From an uncultured delta proteobacterium (lineage in GTDB: Bacteria > Myxococcota > B64-G9): DNA of 64,000 nucleotides. The stretch's first letter is position 1, and each line of letters opens with the position of its first letter. The notes under the pieces were generated by a model. The model saw only the letters and a list, made by a program, of their open reading frames with translations, ran no database searches and was not told where the DNA came from. The DNA is taken from the NCBI GenBank assembly GCA_963754925.1, contig CAVWHX010000003.1, forward strand, positions 160,001 through 224,000, read 5' to 3'. This document shows, piece by piece, positions 42,339-52,107 of this stretch. The position numbers and the translations under genes are program-made.

Positions 42339-43463
42339 TCAAATGTTCGGGCCTGGCATTGATTTTCGTCCGTCATGCATCCCGCTTCTGGCGGATGTAG
42401 ACCAGGTTGTCTCGCCCTTTCGTTCGGCAATCCATGGAGGAACATCCATGCGAAAGTATGAGGCCAGCTCCAAGAGATAGGGTTCATACATCCGCCGCAG
42501 TTCGGCGAGCCTTTGATACAATTGTTCCCTTTGAATGGCGATGTCCGAAGTGGAAATGATTTCCAGTAACTCGGTCAACTTCTCGGGTGGAAGGCGATCG
42601 TAGTTGGTATCGCTAAATTTTCTTATAAAGATCGCGGAGAGATCGATCAAGGCATGCCGGGTTATCGAGAAGGTAAGTTCGGCCTGGCGTCGGCAGCTTG
42701 CCTCAACGCCCGCCATAATTAGAGCGCACGTATCCAATATGGCCGTCAGGGCCGCCAGCCAGGATTGGTTGTCGTGATGCGAGCGATAATAGGCCAGGAC
42801 CGGATAGGATAGATGTCCTTCTAGGAACTCGGCCGACCATCGCTCCCAGTCCTCCAAAAGCCTGTGAAGCGCCGCTATTCCCTGCTGGCCGTTGTGCCTG
42901 CGCAGCAGTTCCGAAGCAGTGGGAGGCGAGCCGGCGCGGGCATCAAGCAGCGAGACGCCCACTTCGCGGCTCAAAAAGAACTGATTGAGCGTCGGTAGAT
43001 AGCTGATTATCAGGGCCAGAAAGGCAAAGCCCATCCCGGCTTCGACTACCGCCAGAAACCGCGCCAGGCCGTTGTGGGGGACCACATCCCCCATTCCCAG
43101 AGTAAAAAAGGTAGAGCCGCTGAGGTAGAGATCGGCAAGGAACTCGGATGAATTTCCCTGTATCAGGACGGTATCGCCGATCGCCCAATACAGAAGCGCA
43201 AAACCTGAAATCAGAAAGCCGGCCCAAATACTTAACAGGGGAAGCAGGGACATCGGACCAAAAAAACTCAGCCACGTTTCCTGCCATTTCTTGGGGATAA
43301 GTAAATTTGTCGTTTTTGCCCATATCCACCAGGTGCGTCGATAGAAAAGGCGCGTCAAACGGAATCGGCGCTGAACCGGGCGCGGTAAAATGACGGTTTC
43401 GAAGGATTCCCAGAGAATTATTACAATAAGAGCAACGCCGATTACGCTTGCAACGAATGCCAC
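42339..43463 (-). CDS. Potassium channel family (Ion_trans_2) protein
   Basis: Pore-like LYLSGSTFFTLGMGDV between TM helices. Confidence 0.8.
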   Translation of the reverse strand: MAFVASVIGVALIVIILWESFETVILPRPVQRRFRLTRLFYRRTWWIWAKTTNLLIPKKWQETWLSFFGPMSLLPLLSIWAGFLISGFALLYWAIGDTVLIQGNSSEFLADLYLSGSTFFTLGMGDVVPHNGLARFLAVVEAGMGFAFLALIISYLPTLNQFFLSREVGVSLLDARAGSPPTASELLRRHNGQQGIAALHRLLEDWERWSAEFLEGHLSYPVLAYYRSHHDNQSWLAALTAILDTCALIMAGVEASCRRQAELTFSITRHALIDLSAIFIRKFSDTNYDRLPPEKLTELLEIISTSDIAIQREQLYQRLAELRRMYEPYLLELASYFRMDVPPWIAERKGETTWSTSARSGMHDGRKSMPGPNI

Positions 43464-43745
43464 AGAAGCCTCCGTACATCATAATTATCTAATCTCAAAG
43501 TAGATTTGATTCGGCATTTGTCAATGCAGGCCAGGGGAGAATTCATCGAAGATCGGATTGCGTTAGAGCGCCCAATCTCAATAGGCGATCCAGCAAACTT
43601 TACATCACCTATAAACGATTATACCATTGTCTGTAGGTAACGGGATCTGGGCAAACCGGTTTTTGCCTGTTTTTTAAGGTCGAGACTATGAGATAGTTAT
43701 AGAAACTATTAAGAATAATCGTCGTTCGGGGAGTTGGGGGAAGGC

Positions 43746-44306
43746 ATGCTGCAAGTGAAAGGTAGTATCCTAAAAGGAGCCGTCGAAACCACAAAGGAAA
43801 TTTATGGGGAAAAGGAATACGATCGCCTCGTTAATTTGATCGATAAGAAAGAAAGAGGGATATTCCAGAATCCGATCTCTACCTCAGGATGGTATTCCTT
43901 GGATGCATATACCCAGTTCCTTGATGTGGTCCTGCGTGAAAAACTCGGCGGGAATCCAATGGCGTTGATCAAATCAACGGGAAAGGTAACAGAAAAACAC
44001 CTTCGAGGTATTTATTCGGCGTTTGTGAAAAAAGGTTCGCCGGAATTCTTAATGGAGAAGATATCCGCGTTGCACGCGCTCTTACTGCGAGGTGTAACGA
44101 TTGAGTCCTCGATAATCGCACCGGGGAAGTTCAAGATACGATACGTTGGGTTCGAAAAAAAACACGCAGTATATGAACATAGTCTTATTGGGTTCTATCA
44201 CAAGGCGGCGGAGGTTTATGGAGCGAAAAACGTTAAGGTTGAGTTTATTACTCGAATTTCTGAAGCGAAAGGTTATGCGGAAATAGTTATTACGTGGAAT
44301 AAGTAA
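43746..44306 (+). CDS. Hypothetical protein, TIGR02265/DUF2378-like (paralog 3)
   Basis: Shares FQNPISTSGWY, LRGIYSAFVKKGSPEFL, GFYHKAA and YGAKNV with paralog 1. Confidence 0.62.
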   Translation: MLQVKGSILKGAVETTKEIYGEKEYDRLVNLIDKKERGIFQNPISTSGWYSLDAYTQFLDVVLREKLGGNPMALIKSTGKVTEKHLRGIYSAFVKKGSPEFLMEKISALHALLLRGVTIESSIIAPGKFKIRYVGFEKKHAVYEHSLIGFYHKAAEVYGAKNVKVEFITRISEAKGYAEIVITWNK

Positions 44307-44507
44307 TAGAGCTGCTTTGACGTACGAAAAAATCGAATATTAATCGGATAAACGAATCCGAAGAATACATTGGTTCAAGCAAATAGCGATCAATACATCA
44401 CCTTAACATTTGAGAGTTCGAGTCCTTACCCAAAAGATACGGCTTACCAAAAGTCAATCAGGCGGGTTGTGTGAAACGGGTTTTTATTCTTATCAATTTA
44501 GTTTTAC

Positions 44508-44870
44508 TTACTCTGGTGGTGGAGGCGGCTGAATAGTTAAAGGAATACTAGTAGGGTCCTGAAATCCCTCATAGATGTTCGGCTGTTCAGATGGTTCTGG
44601 AATACACTGTGGAACTATACCTGATGTATCGCATCGTTCCCCATCTTGGCATCGTTGCCCGCAGGCACTCGGTTCGCAGAGGCCGGTCGCAGGATTGCAT
44701 TGGGCGCCCTGCATACAGTCCGTATAGCAATCGCCTCCAGCCTTGCGTGCGCCGGCAACGCCTACCGCAAGCGCCGTACTCATAGCCGCTGCAGCACCGG
44801 GGCTAACCATCCCGGGGCGGCAGCAGCCGAATAGCAGTGCAACCACGAGCCACCATGCGGCATTTTTCAT
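44508..44870 (-). CDS. Cys-rich putative lipoprotein
   Basis: LFG-C lipobox, C..C...QCNPATGLC..C..C, Pro-rich tail. Confidence 0.55.
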   Translation of the reverse strand: MKNAAWWLVVALLFGCCRPGMVSPGAAAAMSTALAVGVAGARKAGGDCYTDCMQGAQCNPATGLCEPSACGQRCQDGERCDTSGIVPQCIPEPSEQPNIYEGFQDPTSIPLTIQPPPPPE

Positions 44871-44933
44871 GATTTTAACAACCATCAACCACATCCTCTG
44901 TACTCATTATATGATGTGTCATTTTCTTTTTTA

Positions 44934-45088
44934 ATGCAACTTCAGAATTGGGTTCAACAAACCGAACATTCCCCCTGGTCGCTAAGAAATCTTTTTGTAG
45001 CATTAGTGTTCAAAGACAAGCTCTGGATGATTGATGGATCTAAAACCGGCGATGTGTGGGTGATGGAGAAGCAGATATCAAATGCCGG
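44934..45088 (+). pseudogene. Kelch-repeat-like gene fragment abutting the IS
   Basis: PWSLRNLFVALVFKDKLWMIDG..DVW resembles one kelch blade. Confidence 0.4.
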
Positions 45089-46688
45089 GGGCCTGTTGCC
45101 CGAATAACTTTTTATCGTGCTCATCCATTCATCCCTATGCTGGATCTGTTTGTATGACACAAATAACCCGCACTTCTTTGATGTACCAGAATAAGCGATG
45201 TACATTGCACCGAAACTTCTGAAGACCTGACATCAACAGATCATAGCTCCAATCTGAATGAAGACTGGCCGCCGCGTAACAGCGCTTGTTGCGGTGTTTG
45301 ATCAACTTGGTGATGTTCTGTATGGTGCAGATAAGATAGTTCTGGATTTCTACTCGCCACAGTCGGCGCCAGCGCGCGCGTTTGTAACCGTACCGCTTCG
45401 CTGCGCCAAACGACCCTTCGCACACATGCTGCCGACGCGCGAGATCCCGACGCGACAACGTCGATTTCGAAGCTCTCACCATCTCGTCCAACTCATCCTG
45501 ACGAAGATGCCGGTGAACTGTTCGACCAGACTTACTCGTCGTACACTGGTCTCTCAATTCGCACATCGCGCAGATTCGCTTCGAAGCGGCATATTCTATG
45601 CTCTGCCGACGGGCGTGCACGGTCCTACGCCTCAACTCCTGGCTCGCGGGGCACACAAACACGTCCCGTTTGGCGTCAAACACAAAGCGGTCTTCCATAA
45701 ACAAGCCGCGCTTCTCCAAACGCTTGTCTGTACCTCCCTGAAATGCCGGAATGTGCGCCTGAATTCCCGCATCCCGGCACGCCAGGTAGTTCTCTTTCGT
45801 TCCATACTTGCTGTCTGCAACTACCGTCTGAACCGACTCCCCCGTGGTCGCCTCGTGGTCTTCCTTAAGCACCATCAATAACTGGTCTTCGCTTACATCA
45901 CCCGGGGTCAACGCCGTCGCTGTGATAATCTCGCTGCTGCCTTCGACCGCTCGATGACTCTGGTACCGCAACTTCGACTCCCCGCGCTTCATCAACGCCG
46001 CATCCGGATCGGTTGCCGATACATAGCGCAGGTTCTCTTCGGTGTACGGTCCCGGTTCTCTCGCGCTCGGCGCTTCGTCGAGCCGTGCTTCGAGTTGCCG
46101 ATACTTCTTTGACAGCTGCTCGTTCAGGTCTCTCGTATCCACAACCGAGTCCTGCGAAGCATCCGCATCGATAAGGCTCGCATCGACGAATATCTTGCGC
46201 CCGTCAACCAGTCCAGCCGCAACACACTGCCTCACCACGCGCTCAAAGAAACGCTGGAACAACTCACGTCCCCAGCGCTTCCGGGCTTTCGAAAGCACGC
46301 TGTGGTTCGGTACTTCATCATCCAGATCGTAGCCAAGGAACCACAACCAATCGAGTCGCTCCGGTAGCGTCTCCATCAGCTCGCGCTCGGAACGAACATT
46401 GTAGAACACCAATAGAAGCATGAGCTTGAGCAGAACAGGAGGAGGCACCGAGACGTTGCCGTTATCGCCGTATGTTTCCACCACTTCTTTGTAGGTGAAA
46501 TCGAAATCGACAACCGTGCTAATCTTCCTCAGAGGATGGTCACGTCGCACTCGCTTGTCCAACTGGAATCCGGTATAGAAGAGTTTGGACTGCGGGGGTG
46601 GCTGATGTCCCATCATCGAAGCACCTCCTGGATGCTCCAGATGATATCATTTTTGATCGAGAATGCTATTGGTTTGGGCAACAGGCCC
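45089..46688 (-). mobile_element. IS1182-family insertion sequence, 1600 bp
   Basis: Terminal inverted repeats GGGCCTGTTGCCC(G/A)AA; 4-bp target duplication CCGG at 45085-88 and 46689-92. Confidence 0.9.
45135..46616 (-). CDS. IS1182-family DDE transposase
   Basis: DHPLRKI, SERELM, PNHSVLS, DASLI.A, TDPDA, ADSKY, CP..C..C..C, EGSFG..K. Confidence 0.93.
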   Translation of the reverse strand: MMGHQPPPQSKLFYTGFQLDKRVRRDHPLRKISTVVDFDFTYKEVVETYGDNGNVSVPPPVLLKLMLLLVFYNVRSERELMETLPERLDWLWFLGYDLDDEVPNHSVLSKARKRWGRELFQRFFERVVRQCVAAGLVDGRKIFVDASLIDADASQDSVVDTRDLNEQLSKKYRQLEARLDEAPSAREPGPYTEENLRYVSATDPDAALMKRGESKLRYQSHRAVEGSSEIITATALTPGDVSEDQLLMVLKEDHEATTGESVQTVVADSKYGTKENYLACRDAGIQAHIPAFQGGTDKRLEKRGLFMEDRFVFDAKRDVFVCPASQELRRRTVHARRQSIEYAASKRICAMCELRDQCTTSKSGRTVHRHLRQDELDEMVRASKSTLSRRDLARRQHVCEGSFGAAKRYGYKRARWRRLWRVEIQNYLICTIQNITKLIKHRNKRCYAAASLHSDWSYDLLMSGLQKFRCNVHRLFWYIKEVRVICVIQTDPA

Positions 46689-46725
46689 CCGGGCTCTGAC
46701 ATCTGTTTTCGCCGAGATTGTCCGG

Positions 46726-47136
46726 TCACCCGTACGGATTGATCACTTCAAGACCGGGATATTCAAAATCCTTGGCATTCCTGGTGACGAGCGTTAAGTC
46801 GTGATGTAAGGCAGTCGCCGCGAGGAGGCTATCAATGGTTGGAACCGAGCGACCAACCTCGGCAAGAAGCCTCCCCCATCGGTCGGCCACCAAAATATCC
46901 ACCGGCAGCACCCGTCCCTCGAACCATCGCACCAGCTCATGATCGAGCCATACCCGCAATTTCTCCCGCCTCTTTCTGTCGGTAAGCGCCTCAAACCCTT
47001 TGCGAATCTCGCCCAAAGTTAAAACACTTATAAAAAGTTCTTCGCCCGGGATTTGATCGAGCCATGCGATCAGCGCCTTATTCGGATTGTGCCGGATGGT
47101 TTCTGATACCACATTGGTGTCGAGCAGGTAACTCAT
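46726..47136 (-). CDS. vapC: VapC-family PIN toxin
   Basis: YLLDTNVVSE, TLGEI, DSLLAATA, LVTRN..DF. Confidence 0.93.
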   Translation of the reverse strand: MSYLLDTNVVSETIRHNPNKALIAWLDQIPGEELFISVLTLGEIRKGFEALTDRKRREKLRVWLDHELVRWFEGRVLPVDILVADRWGRLLAEVGRSVPTIDSLLAATALHHDLTLVTRNAKDFEYPGLEVINPYG

Positions 47137-47384
47137 GCTATCTCGACCTCGCGCGTGGAAGTCTGCTTGCGCTCGAGATCAAGCTCCAACCCAAACAGCG
47201 GCGAACGGCGCATGAATGTGACAAAGCTTTCGCGCTGGCGCTTCAACCGCTTATATTCCTTGCTCGAAATGACAACGGCGCTGGGCTGCCCATGAACCGT
47301 AATGCTTTGCGGACCTTCGGTCGCCGCTTTCTTGACGACCTCGCTCAGTCGAGCCTTCGCTTCCTGAAGTTGCCATGTATTCAT
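47133..47384 (-). CDS. Phd/YefM-family antitoxin
   Basis: WQLQEAKARLSEVV..A...GPQ.IT.HG; 4-bp overlap with vapC. Confidence 0.92.
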   Translation of the reverse strand: MNTWQLQEAKARLSEVVKKAATEGPQSITVHGQPSAVVISSKEYKRLKRQRESFVTFMRRSPLFGLELDLERKQTSTREVEIA

Positions 47385-47401
47385 AGGGACCTCTCATTGA
47401 T

Positions 47402-47452
47402 TCTAGTCAGTCTAGTCAGACTAATATTAAGCTATTCGAGAAGCTGTGTCAA
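47402..47452 (-). promoter_or_regulatory. Sigma70-like promoter and operator of the phd-vapC operon
   Basis: TTGACA-17bp-TAATAT on the minus strand; palindrome TAGTCAGACTA and TCTAGTCAG direct repeat just downstream. Confidence 0.65.
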
Positions 47453-47661
47453 ATGGTTAGATGTCCCCTGCGGCTGAATTAGATTCCCAATGGCCGGGAC
47501 AAATGGGTGGTTGTGGTCACCTCGGGCCGGCTTGCCAATACGTCTTGCCAATCGATTGGCTCGCGGGTAGAGGCCTTTGGACTTGTAATCCTGCGGCAAC
47601 CGGTGATAGGCTTTCGTCATTCTGAAGAAGGGACCAATTGTTGCCGGTCAAAGGAGGAATC

Positions 47662-47943
47662 ATGGCGTTGTGTATTATTTGCAATGGCAATGTGGAGGCA
47701 TCCGCTCTTCCTAACGACGATTATGATTTAGAAAGGAAGATTCAAGACTACGCCATGCAAAAAGAAGGAGTGATGATACAAACGGGCCTCGGGACGATTG
47801 ATATCTGCTCAAACTGTCTAAACGCCGTTCTCGAGTGGAATGGCTCGCACGATGCTCCCCAGTATGGACGCCCGTACAATAAACTTGAGGCTCGGTATAG
47901 ATATGGAGCTGTCGTACCCATAAGCGGTTATCGAAAAAAATAG
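47662..47943 (+). CDS. Small hypothetical protein with two CxxC motifs
   Basis: AAGGAGG RBS; CIIC and CSNC. Confidence 0.6.
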   Translation: MALCIICNGNVEASALPNDDYDLERKIQDYAMQKEGVMIQTGLGTIDICSNCLNAVLEWNGSHDAPQYGRPYNKLEARYRYGAVVPISGYRKK

Positions 47944-48025
47944 GCGTCCTGTTGGTATTGGAACGTTGCGTTACCATTCATTTTCCCGATTTCTTGAGAG
48001 AATAGCCCAGAAAACAGAAAAAATA

Positions 48026-48081
48026 GGTGTCGCCCTCTTAGAAACTTTTTTATTATGGTGGGTTGCGGATCGGGTGGCACC
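48026..48081 (+). repeat. ~57-bp junction element, copy A
   Basis: GGTGTCGCCC-36nt-GGGTGGCACC. Confidence 0.75.
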
Positions 48082-48203
48082 GGTTCGGATTCTTTCGGTA
48101 ATTGCGGAGAGGTTGGCAGCTTGGTCTGGGCATCATGTCGGCCGGTATCGGCTTGCACCTTAGTCTCTGGTCAGGTGCAGTTGCCCCCACCGTGAATGAA
48201 TTC

Positions 48204-49961
48204 TTAAGCATTTTTAACGCGTAACAGCGCCAATACAAGTAAGACATGCAATAATCTGTCGGCTACGATTTTAGTCATGTACTCATAATGTACTATACCA
48301 TGACAAACATCATTTCTAATGTTCCATCCGCGTTGATCTGTTAACAAGGTTCGCATATAAAAAGTAACATCCTCCCCAAGAATACCTTCTACTTCTTCGC
48401 TTCGAAGAAGTTCGTCAAGCGTCCTTAGAAGAAATCCGCCGCCTCTAGCGGACTTCAAAACAACGCCGCCAGATATCTCAAGCAAATTTCTAATTGCCGC
48501 CTCTATTTGAGGAATTAACAGATGAATAGAAACATTGTACTGTTTTTGTAAATATGCGTTGATTCCTTCAATAAGAAAACTCTTTTGTTGCTCAATAAAT
48601 ATTGGCGCCATAAGCAGATAATCAACCAAACTGGTATGTGTAATTTTGTAATGCTCAATCGATTTATTAAGGACACCATCTAAAAATATTGACGAAATAG
48701 ACATATTTTGAGACATCTGTTGAACGATATTTCCGTCAAGATCGTCCTCAAGAGAACCAACACTTGCTATATGTCTTCCTTCTTGATCAAGAACTTGCTT
48801 TGTTAATAAAAAACTCAATGGTGCACTCTTTGCCAACTCAGTCAACTGCACTTGAATCTTACCTTTTTCTGGAATGAAGTGAACTGCAATTAATTTAAGA
48901 GATTGCCCCATTTCTCCTTTTACGAACTGATCAACAAATTGATCGAATTTCTGCTGAGGAATTTTCATTTCGTGAGAAATTAATCTCATACTATCACGTA
49001 CTTTTGGTCCTAGGCCTCGAATGTCTTTAGACACGCGTTCTACGGCAGATTTTAAATTATATTGTAAATATATTTGATAAATATGTTCCAGATAAGATAT
49101 CGCAACCAAAGGCTCAGCCTTAATTGCGGCGCTTTCAAATGCGGCGCCAAGGTCACCAATTACTCGAGCTACTTCTTCGTTTAGACCTTTCGATCGGTAG
49201 TATCGGGCAAGTCTTTCAGCTGCCTTTTCACATTTCCAGGGATCAAAACTCCTTAATTTTTGAAGCCTCTCTTCCAAACCTTGAATTATTGCATTTTCTT
49301 CATTCTCTGTAAGATCGATCTTTCTTTTTTCAATAAGAAGATCAAAACTGGTACCCCAAAGACCGGCCTTGGAATCATCGGTAATATTTGATTCAAATTC
49401 AAGAATTACCTTTTTTATACGAAGAACTAGATTGGGTTTATTAATAGATAATGAGATTGATAACGAACGCTCTAATTTATGAACAACGTCGATCTCAAAT
49501 TTATATAAATGCTTTTTTATGATTTTCATCAAATTGGATACACAATCTGTTGCAAATTTAATATCAGGAGATATCCCTGTGATTTGTTTATTCATATCCC
49601 AGATAAGTCCTGTATATCTGGCTCTGAGTAAAGGATTACGTGCGTTTTTGGCTCGCCTCTTCCAATAATTAATAGTTAATTCATCGACCTGAAGTATACT
49701 CGGATATTCGACTTTTTGACCATCTTTCGTTACTCCAACAATTAATGGTCCGAAATATGTTCCCCATCCATCTTGTCTATCGTTACTGTTTTCGCAAAAA
49801 GAGAACGCCAACGTTTCGTATTTCCATTCGAGGCATGGCTCAGCTTTATCGTCTGCATTTTGTAGTTTTTCAAGTTCCGTTGCTATTTCATGTTCTGTCA
49901 CGCCCTTAATGTTTTCGAGTTCAGCAAGGTTGGCGTTAAGAGATTTGATTGATGGGTTCAT
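48204..49961 (-). CDS. DUF4209-like HEPN-domain protein
   Basis: C-terminal HLLIPQIE..IR and GWNIRNDVCHG (Rx4H); strongly AT-rich. Confidence 0.75.
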   Translation of the reverse strand: MNPSIKSLNANLAELENIKGVTEHEIATELEKLQNADDKAEPCLEWKYETLAFSFCENSNDRQDGWGTYFGPLIVGVTKDGQKVEYPSILQVDELTINYWKRRAKNARNPLLRARYTGLIWDMNKQITGISPDIKFATDCVSNLMKIIKKHLYKFEIDVVHKLERSLSISLSINKPNLVLRIKKVILEFESNITDDSKAGLWGTSFDLLIEKRKIDLTENEENAIIQGLEERLQKLRSFDPWKCEKAAERLARYYRSKGLNEEVARVIGDLGAAFESAAIKAEPLVAISYLEHIYQIYLQYNLKSAVERVSKDIRGLGPKVRDSMRLISHEMKIPQQKFDQFVDQFVKGEMGQSLKLIAVHFIPEKGKIQVQLTELAKSAPLSFLLTKQVLDQEGRHIASVGSLEDDLDGNIVQQMSQNMSISSIFLDGVLNKSIEHYKITHTSLVDYLLMAPIFIEQQKSFLIEGINAYLQKQYNVSIHLLIPQIEAAIRNLLEISGGVVLKSARGGGFLLRTLDELLRSEEVEGILGEDVTFYMRTLLTDQRGWNIRNDVCHGIVHYEYMTKIVADRLLHVLLVLALLRVKNA

Positions 49962-50014
49962 ATTTAAACTCCTAAAAAAGATTCATGAGGTACCAAAAGA
50001 TGTGCCTCAAAACA

Positions 50015-50070
50015 GGTGCCACTCTCTAAGAAAACTGTTGTCTTATGGTATGTGGCAATCGGTTGCTGAT
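50015..50070 (+). repeat. ~57-bp junction element, copy B (right arm degenerate)
   Basis: GGTGCCACTC followed by a spacer alignable with copy A. Confidence 0.6.
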
Positions 50071-50101
50071 AGGCAGGCACGCCGGTCTGGTAGTGATGAG
50101 C

Positions 50102-50731
50102 TTATTTCAAGGTATCAGGGTTTGACCCCTCTTTCTCCTCTTTCTTCTGCTTCCGACCTCGCTCAACACGAGCGGGTAAAACGTAGAGAAATTGCACAAG
50201 AGCATTAGCGAACTCGATTACCTTCTCTGCATCCGCAGCACTCGGCAAAAAAGCTCCTTCATCGGCATGGCGTTGATCATTTGCGTCGAGCCGAATATCA
50301 TGCGCCCAAGCGGCCATCTCATCAGTTATGATGTGATCCTCGGCCGCTGAATCAATGCGTGTTTTAAGGTTCCCTTCCTTATACCCTTTGTCTTTCAGCA
50401 TTGCGTCAACGGCGCTTGCTGTAAGCATCACCGCACCCGCAGGGGCATGAAGGCTGGAGATAGCCTGGGATAAGAAATCCCGCGCACGGGCAGGCACTTC
50501 ATCTGCGACCGTCTGAGGTACCGGCCATATATGGGTGATTTCATGGCTCTGATTTATTGGTGACACCGCCAATACGACGCCACCACAAGTCCTGCACTGG
50601 TACGTCGACCAGAATCGTTGGTTCGCGTTTGTATGGTCAACCGAAGTTCCCGCCCAGATTAAAACCAGTAAGGGATTTGCAATGTTGCAGTGCGGGCAGC
50701 GATCAAGAACAAGCTGATTTCCCTGATTCAT
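50102..50731 (-). CDS. Zn-ribbon + DUF4145 (HEPN-like) protein
   Basis: CPHC/CRTC, L..RID, AHDIRLDANDQRH. Confidence 0.8.
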   Translation of the reverse strand: MNQGNQLVLDRCPHCNIANPLLVLIWAGTSVDHTNANQRFWSTYQCRTCGGVVLAVSPINQSHEITHIWPVPQTVADEVPARARDFLSQAISSLHAPAGAVMLTASAVDAMLKDKGYKEGNLKTRIDSAAEDHIITDEMAAWAHDIRLDANDQRHADEGAFLPSAADAEKVIEFANALVQFLYVLPARVERGRKQKKEEKEGSNPDTLK

Positions 50732-51100
50732 TGGTCCTCCGCTATCCTTTGTTTATCTCAACTACTATCATATAGTTTTTATGATTTCGCGAAATAAGAC
50801 TGTTTCCATATATTTCCTCTGATCGTTTTTCGGTTTATTAGCTTAACTTACGGTAATATAATATTATGTTCCTCATTATCGATTATGATGGCTTCCGGTT
50901 TATACAGTCTGTATTAGACGAATAAAAGACCATTGAAGTAACCCCGAAATTCACGGCCTCTGTTATTTTGTTCAAAGATAATTATGTAATTTGAGAGGGA
51001 TATGTTTTCATTGATAGTAGTCGAAGTTGGAAATGTCGTCAAAAAATCTACGGCGAGTACCCGCGAGCCTACACTGGCACGTGGCGCGTGGGCCAAAACA

Positions 51101-51157
51101 TGTGCCACCCGTTTATAAAACTATATTATTACAATTGGTTGCAGATCGGGCGGTACT
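51101..51157 (+). repeat. ~57-bp junction element, copy C
   Basis: TGTGCCACCC-37nt-GGGCGGTACT; near-identical to copy D. Confidence 0.8.
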
Positions 51158-51180
51158 TAGTGCGGGGAAAAACAGGCGGA

Positions 51181-51234
51181 AGTTTCGGATGAACTCGTTT
51201 GATGGGTTACGCTTTGCTTCACCCATCCTACCTA
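51181..51234 (-). repeat. GTAG-type REP within a 54-bp direct repeat (copy 1)
   Basis: Reverse complement GTAG-GATGGGTGAAGCAAAGCGTAACCCATC hairpin; matches 52054-52107 with 2 mismatches. Confidence 0.8.
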
Positions 51235-51244
51235 ATGATACCTA

Positions 51245-51322
51245 TCACGCCATCTCAAGCAACGCCTTCGGATTTTTATCGGCGATCATCAACAATGTTC
51301 GAGCCGCACCGGAGGGCGCGCG
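51245..51322 (-). pseudogene. 3' remnant of an XRE/HigA-like HTH antitoxin gene
   Basis: RAPSGAARTLLMIADKNPKALLEMA* with no 5' part. Confidence 0.6.
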
Positions 51323-51332
51323 GTGGGCAGCA

Positions 51333-51665
51333 TCACGCTGCATGTTTTTTCGGAGTTTTTGATTTGGTTTTTTGTACCGCCCCAGCATGTAATTTCAAGC
51401 CGAGTGCGTTTATCACTTTAAGAATTGTATCGAAGCCCGGGCTTCTTTCCCCCGAAAGCGCTTTGTAAAGACTTTCGCGCGATAAGCCGGCATCCCGCGC
51501 CACTTGAGACATGCCCTTAGCCCTGGCGATATCTCCAAGAGCTTTAGCAATGAAAGCCGCATCCCCCTGCGCCTCTTCAATGCATGCTTCGAGATACGCA
51601 GCCATTTCCTCCAGCGTACGAAGATGCTCGGAGACATCGTATCGGGTCGTAATGGTTTTTGCCAT
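51333..51665 (-). CDS. Addiction module antidote protein (HI1420-type HTH antitoxin)
   Basis: ALGDIARAKGMSQVARDAGLSRESLYKALSG..P.F.TILKV. Confidence 0.92.
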   Translation of the reverse strand: MAKTITTRYDVSEHLRTLEEMAAYLEACIEEAQGDAAFIAKALGDIARAKGMSQVARDAGLSRESLYKALSGERSPGFDTILKVINALGLKLHAGAVQKTKSKTPKKHAA

Positions 51666-51676
51666 GATAGGTACTC

Positions 51677-51966
51677 CTATAAATTTTTCGCCAGGCGCAA
51701 GGCAGTTTTAATATCCTTAGCTTGTGTGCTCTTGTCCCCACCAGCCAGCAAAATTACCACTGATCGCCCGTACCGTTTAAAATAAATTCGATAGCCGGGT
51801 CCGTATTTGATTCGCAACTCTGAAACTCCTTCGCCGATAGGTTTACATCCCCAGGATTCCCTGCAATTAAACGTTCAATCCTTACCAAAACACGCGAACG
51901 CGCGCGGATGTCATCCAACTCATCGAGCCATTGAGCGAAAACCTCAGTCTTACGAATTTCAATCAC
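51677..51966 (-). CDS. Addiction module killer protein (RelE/HigB-like, HI1419 type; one base missing near 51843)
   Basis: MIEIRKTEVFAQWL..RIERL..GNPGDV, then shifted frame PIGEGVSELRIKYGPGYRIYF..LLAGGDKSTQ. Confidence 0.88.
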
Positions 51967-51972
51967 AACCCG

Positions 51973-52001
51973 GTTGTAGCCTATTGGCTACAGATTGTCA
52001 A
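51973..52001 (-). promoter_or_regulatory. Promoter and operator of the addiction module
   Basis: TTGACA-17bp-TACAAC with palindrome TGTAGCC-TATT-GGCTACA overlapping the spacer and -10. Confidence 0.6.
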
Positions 52002-52053
52002 GGAACATTCACGTGCGATGAGGTGATATTTTTATTTTTGAAAAACGGGCAGG

Positions 52054-52107
52054 AGTTTCGGATGAACTCGTTTGATGGGTTGCGCTTTGCTTCACCCATC
52101 CCACCTA
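52054..52107 (-). repeat. GTAG-type REP within a 54-bp direct repeat (copy 2)
   Basis: Matches 51181-51234 with 2 mismatches. Confidence 0.8.

Noticed and set aside
43648..43668. GGGCAAACC resembling the start of a c-di-GMP-I riboswitch
   Set aside because: The following GAAA...GGGACGCAAAGC elements are absent; it is only a short GGCAAA/TTTGCC hairpin
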